The notes under the pieces are model-generated. The model searched no databases. It was not told where the DNA came from and saw only the letters and a program-made list of their open reading frames with translations. From a virus, in the IMG/VR virus record IMGVR_UViG_3300025141_016157, positions 32,001-96,000 of that record: a DNA stretch of 64,000 bases, one strand, 5' to 3'. The position numbers were made by a program, and so were the translations under genes. Of this stretch, positions 60,796 to 64,000 are shown in pieces. How positions within the stretch are numbered: position 1 is the first letter of the stretch; the number at the start of each line of letters is the position of its first letter.

Positions 60796-61581
60796 ATGGC
60801 AATTGATTTTGAAGCAATTAGAAAAAAGCTTGATCGGCTTAGTGGAGCAACACGAAATAGATCGGTTATGTGGAAACCAACTGAAGGTGAAGAGCACGTC
60901 GTTCGGCTGCTTTCTTTTCCCGATAATGATGGACAACCATTTAGGGAGATGTGGTTCTACTACGGGATTGGAAACAATAGAGGACTATTGGCACCGAACC
61001 AGTTTGGAAAACCTGATCCCATTCAGGAGTTAATTACTAATCTTCGAGAGGATGGGTCAAAGGAGTCTTATGAGCTAGCAAAGAAGCTATATCCAAAGAT
61101 GAGAACATATGCGCCTGTCATTGTTCGCGGAGAAGAGGACAAAGGTGTTCAAATTTGGGGATTTGGAAAGACTGTTTACCAGGCACTTCTAGGTCTCATG
61201 CTTGATGAAGACTATGGTGATATTACAGATCCAAAGACTGGAAGAGATATAAAGGTGTCATGTGTTAAGCAGCCAGGAAGAAAGTGGGCAATGACTGAAG
61301 TTCGACCAAGAGGAAAGCAGTCAAATCTTGCGACTAGCTCCGAGAAAGCTTCAGAGTGGACTACAACTATTCCGAATCTTGATGACATTTATACATGCAA
61401 GACTTACGATGAGCTATCAAAGATTGTCAATGATTGGATCTCTGACGAAGAAGATGATGGATTCGGAAGTGATGGTCTAGATAATTCATCTAATACAACA
61501 AGTACAAGTAGCACGACAGAAGCGTCTAGCAAGTCATACAATAATTTAGACGATGCTTTTGCTGATTTGATGGATGAATAA
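60796..61581 (+). CDS. Single-stranded DNA-binding protein (T4 gp32-like)
   Basis: WKP..G...VRLL, DPIQE, VIVRGEE.KGV.IW.FGK, DYGDITDP..GRDI and an acidic C-terminal tail (DDAFADLMDE). Confidence 0.88.
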   Translation: MAIDFEAIRKKLDRLSGATRNRSVMWKPTEGEEHVVRLLSFPDNDGQPFREMWFYYGIGNNRGLLAPNQFGKPDPIQELITNLREDGSKESYELAKKLYPKMRTYAPVIVRGEEDKGVQIWGFGKTVYQALLGLMLDEDYGDITDPKTGRDIKVSCVKQPGRKWAMTEVRPRGKQSNLATSSEKASEWTTTIPNLDDIYTCKTYDELSKIVNDWISDEEDDGFGSDGLDNSSNTTSTSSTTEASSKSYNNLDDAFADLMDE

Positions 61582-61609
61582 GAAATCTTAAAATATTAGA
61601 AATATAAAT

Positions 61610-61641
61610 AAGCGGCACCAGATTTAATCTGGTGCCGCTTT
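61610..61641 (+). terminator. Terminator hairpin after SSB
   Basis: AAGCGGCACCAGATT-T-AATCTGGTGCCGCTT. Confidence 0.8.
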
Positions 61642-61668
61642 GAACATATACTGTTTTTACTGTATATT
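61640..61668 (+). promoter_or_regulatory. Sigma70-like promoter for recA
   Basis: TTGAAC-N17-TATATT. Confidence 0.55.
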
Positions 61669-61690
61669 AAATCATATTTTAGAGGAAGAA

Positions 61691-62857
61691 ATGGGAAAAG
61701 ATATCATACCTGAAGATTTTACGCAAGACTTGATCAAGTCTCTAAACAAAGATCACGGTCAAAGAGTTGCATATAATTTATCAGTTGATGAATCACCTAC
61801 ACATGTAAAAAGATGGATTAGCACTGGTTCAACTCTTCTTGATTATATATGTTCGAATAGAAGAGATGGCGGTCTTCCAGAAGGAAGAATTGTTGAAATA
61901 TTTGGCCCACCATCAATTGGAAAGTCTCACATAGCAACGCAGATTGCAAGAAATACTCAAAAGCTAGGGGGCATAGTTGTTTACATTGACACGGAAAATG
62001 CAACCTCAGTAGAAAATTTGCAAATGCTTGGTGTAGACGTTTCAAAAAGGTTTGTGTATGTTGATACTCATTGTACAGAAGAGGTTTTTCAAGTTGCAGA
62101 ATCTACAATTTTAAAGGCAAAGGGAATGAACAAAGACGTTCCTATTACAATTGTATGGGATTCAGTTGCTGCTTCATCTCCAAAAGCTGAACTTATTGGT
62201 GACTACGATAAAGAGTCAATTGGGCTGCAAGCAAGGGCAATTTCAAAAGGGATGAGAAAAATAACAGGTGTTATTGGTGAGACAAATACGCTTTTTGTAA
62301 TTTTAAATCAAATAAGAACAAAGATAGGTGTTATGTTTGGAGATCCTCATACTACTCCGGGTGGTAAAGCTATACCATTTCATGCATCAACAAGAATTAA
62401 ACTTGGAGCAGGGCAGCAGATTAAAGATGGGGATGACGTTATAGGAATTAATGTCTCTGCGAAAACAATTAAAAATAAAGTAGCACCACCGTTTAGGAAA
62501 GTTAATTTTGAAATTCATTTTGGTGTAGGAATAAAAGAACATGAGCAAGTGTTTGACCTGCTAAGAAAAAACGGACCAGAGGAAATAGACGGAAATAAAA
62601 TTGAAGTATCAGGAACGGGCGGATGGAAAAACTTGAGTGTATGTAATTTATCAACTGGAGAAATTCTAGTTGATAAAAAGTTTAGAAAGGCAGAATTTGA
62701 CACGATTCTTTCGTGCCCAGACCATTCAAATTATCTAAATGATTTAATTGAGGTTGCTATGGTTAAAAAGTTTAATACTTCACCAGACATAGATGTTGAA
62801 TCACTTAGTGAAATGGAAGCAGTTGCAATAGAATTGGAAATGGCCGATCTCAAATAG
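61691..62857 (+). CDS. recA: RecA/UvsX recombinase
   Basis: ISTGS..LD, GGLPEGRIVEIFGPPSIGKS, YIDTENA, IVWDSVAA, GLQAR, NQIR.KIG and TPGGKAI.FHAS.R. GAGG SD precedes the ATG at 61691. Confidence 0.95.
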   Translation: MGKDIIPEDFTQDLIKSLNKDHGQRVAYNLSVDESPTHVKRWISTGSTLLDYICSNRRDGGLPEGRIVEIFGPPSIGKSHIATQIARNTQKLGGIVVYIDTENATSVENLQMLGVDVSKRFVYVDTHCTEEVFQVAESTILKAKGMNKDVPITIVWDSVAASSPKAELIGDYDKESIGLQARAISKGMRKITGVIGETNTLFVILNQIRTKIGVMFGDPHTTPGGKAIPFHASTRIKLGAGQQIKDGDDVIGINVSAKTIKNKVAPPFRKVNFEIHFGVGIKEHEQVFDLLRKNGPEEIDGNKIEVSGTGGWKNLSVCNLSTGEILVDKKFRKAEFDTILSCPDHSNYLNDLIEVAMVKKFNTSPDIDVESLSEMEAVAIELEMADLK

Positions 62858-62858
62858 A

Positions 62859-63806
62859 ATGGACACATGTATAATTGTTGACGGATTAAACTTATTTACT
62901 AGACACTTTGTTGCAAATCCATCTACAAATCAGAACGGAGAGAGTGTAGGTGGTATTACTGGTACCGTCACTGCTATATCAAGACTTTCGGAAAGATTTA
63001 GCCCAGACAGAATTGTAGTCGTATGGGAATCTGGTGGGTCCTCGAGAAAGCGTGCAATTTTTCCAAACTATAAGTCAGGTAGAAGACCGCAAAGGCTTAA
63101 TAGATACTACGGTGATGACATACCCGACACAGTTGAAAATAGAGACAACCAGTTAGAAATTCTAATATCAATTTTAAGAAATATGCCCATAGTTCAGATA
63201 TACATTCCAGACTGCGAAGCAGATGATGTCATCGGGTATCTTTCAAAGTATACACTAAGAGAAATGAGAAAAGTAATTGTTTCATCAGATAAGGATTTTT
63301 ATCAGCTTTTAGACAAGAATACATTAATTTACTCACCTACATGGAAAAAGTTTGTTTCTTTTAAACAAGTTAGAGAAAAATTTGAAATATCTGCACAGAA
63401 TTTCTGTCTTGGAAAATCAATATGCGGCGACGTGTCAGATAATATTGACGGAATCAAAGGCGCAGGATTTAAAACTGTTGCAAAAAGGTTTCCAAGATTT
63501 AGGGAGGAAAATTTTTTTACAATTTCTGAACTTATGGCTGAGTGTAGCAGGAAGATAGAAAGTGGCTCTAAGGTTAAGATATACAAGTCGATAATTGAAA
63601 ATGAAGATGTCATAAGGCGAAACTGGAAATTAATTAATCTTGACACTAACAATTTATCACACAGCCAAATTGCTAAAATAGTAAATTCAATTGATACTTT
63701 TAGCCCTACACGAAATAAAATGAATATATTGAAAATTTTTAAAAATCACGCAATTCAAAATATTGACGTAGATAGATTTTTTTTATCAATGAAATTACTC
63801 AAATAA
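62859..63806 (+). CDS. 5'-3' exonuclease / flap endonuclease (T4 RNase H-like)
   Basis: IVDGLNLF, YKSGR, EADDVIG, SSDKDFYQL and GDVSDNIDGIKGAG.KT. Confidence 0.92.
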   Translation: MDTCIIVDGLNLFTRHFVANPSTNQNGESVGGITGTVTAISRLSERFSPDRIVVVWESGGSSRKRAIFPNYKSGRRPQRLNRYYGDDIPDTVENRDNQLEILISILRNMPIVQIYIPDCEADDVIGYLSKYTLREMRKVIVSSDKDFYQLLDKNTLIYSPTWKKFVSFKQVREKFEISAQNFCLGKSICGDVSDNIDGIKGAGFKTVAKRFPRFREENFFTISELMAECSRKIESGSKVKIYKSIIENEDVIRRNWKLINLDTNNLSHSQIAKIVNSIDTFSPTRNKMNILKIFKNHAIQNIDVDRFFLSMKLLK

Positions 63807-63816
63807 GAGAAGGATA

Positions 63817-64000
63817 ATGAGCGAAGAAGCATACTTTGGAAAGTACGGAAAATCATTTCAGGAAAAAATATTTCAAGCATTTATAGCTGACTCCAACTGG
63901 GCAGCACAAATGATAGAGATAATGACTCCTACATATTTTGAAAAAGAATATTTGAAATATCTTACTAGTAAATATTTCTCCTATTATGAAAAATACAAGT
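63817..64000 (+). CDS. N-terminus of a probable replicative helicase (DnaB/gp41-like), truncated by window
   Basis: AAGGA SD, MSEEAYFGKYGKSFQEKIFQAFI.., frame open to the window end. Helicase call is inferred from synteny; no catalytic motif is in the window. Confidence 0.5.
   Translation, partial: MSEEAYFGKYGKSFQEKIFQAFIADSNWAAQMIEIMTPTYFEKEYLKYLTSKYFSYYEKYK

Noticed and set aside
61603-61610. T4 late promoter consensus TATAAATA
   Set aside because: The only intergenic copy I noticed. It lies directly before a terminator hairpin and not before structural genes, so it is likely chance in AT-rich DNA.
61640-61690. TTG start for RecA given in the ORF track
   Set aside because: It overlaps the terminator and promoter. 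The ATG at 61691 has a GAGG SD. The upstream starts at 23531, 28053 and 38929 were trimmed for similar reasons.
200-63652. Numerous minus-strand and nested short ORFs in the ORF track
   Set aside because: They are antisense or out-of-frame shadows of long + strand genes, with no recognisable motifs. The only out-of-frame segments kept are at 46757 and 60471.
1-64000. Stop-codon reassignment, tRNAs, CRISPR arrays, introns/inteins, integrase
   Set aside because: Genes are full length in code 11 and use TAA, TAG and TGA as stops. I saw no spaced repeats, cloverleafs, intein motifs or recombinase by eye. A tRNAscan/Infernal run would be needed to exclude small RNAs.

Overview
This 64 kb, AT-rich, gene-dense window comes from a large tailed dsDNA bacteriophage with a contractile tail. 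Its head and tail genes are distantly T4-like. All credible genes are on the + strand and read in the standard code. Order: (1) end of a fibre-like protein, an FkbM-like methyltransferase and a J-domain protein; (2) a 15 kb block of large baseplate/fibre-anchor proteins; (3) RuvC-like resolvase, primase and a fused SbcD-SbcC (Mre11-Rad50); (4) head module with TerL, portal, prohead protease, small core proteins, scaffold and major capsid protein; (5) neck proteins, two tandem tail sheaths, tail tube, tail chaperone, tape measure and baseplate genes; (6) a minimal family-A polymerase, a degenerate HD protein, SSB, RecA, a 5'-3' exonuclease and the start of a probable helicase. Main non-obvious signals: a candidate late promoter ATANTTA before at least 13 morphogenesis or unassigned genes, while replication genes carry sigma70-type promoters; two candidate programmed frameshifts (-1 at A_AAA_AAG near 60471, and +1/-2 at a T7 run in the tail chaperone near 46750); a tail-collar (DUF3751-like) domain apparently split over separate genes; and [ST]-[GA]-S enrichment in virion proteins. 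All protein calls come from motif recognition and gene order by eye; no database search was run.
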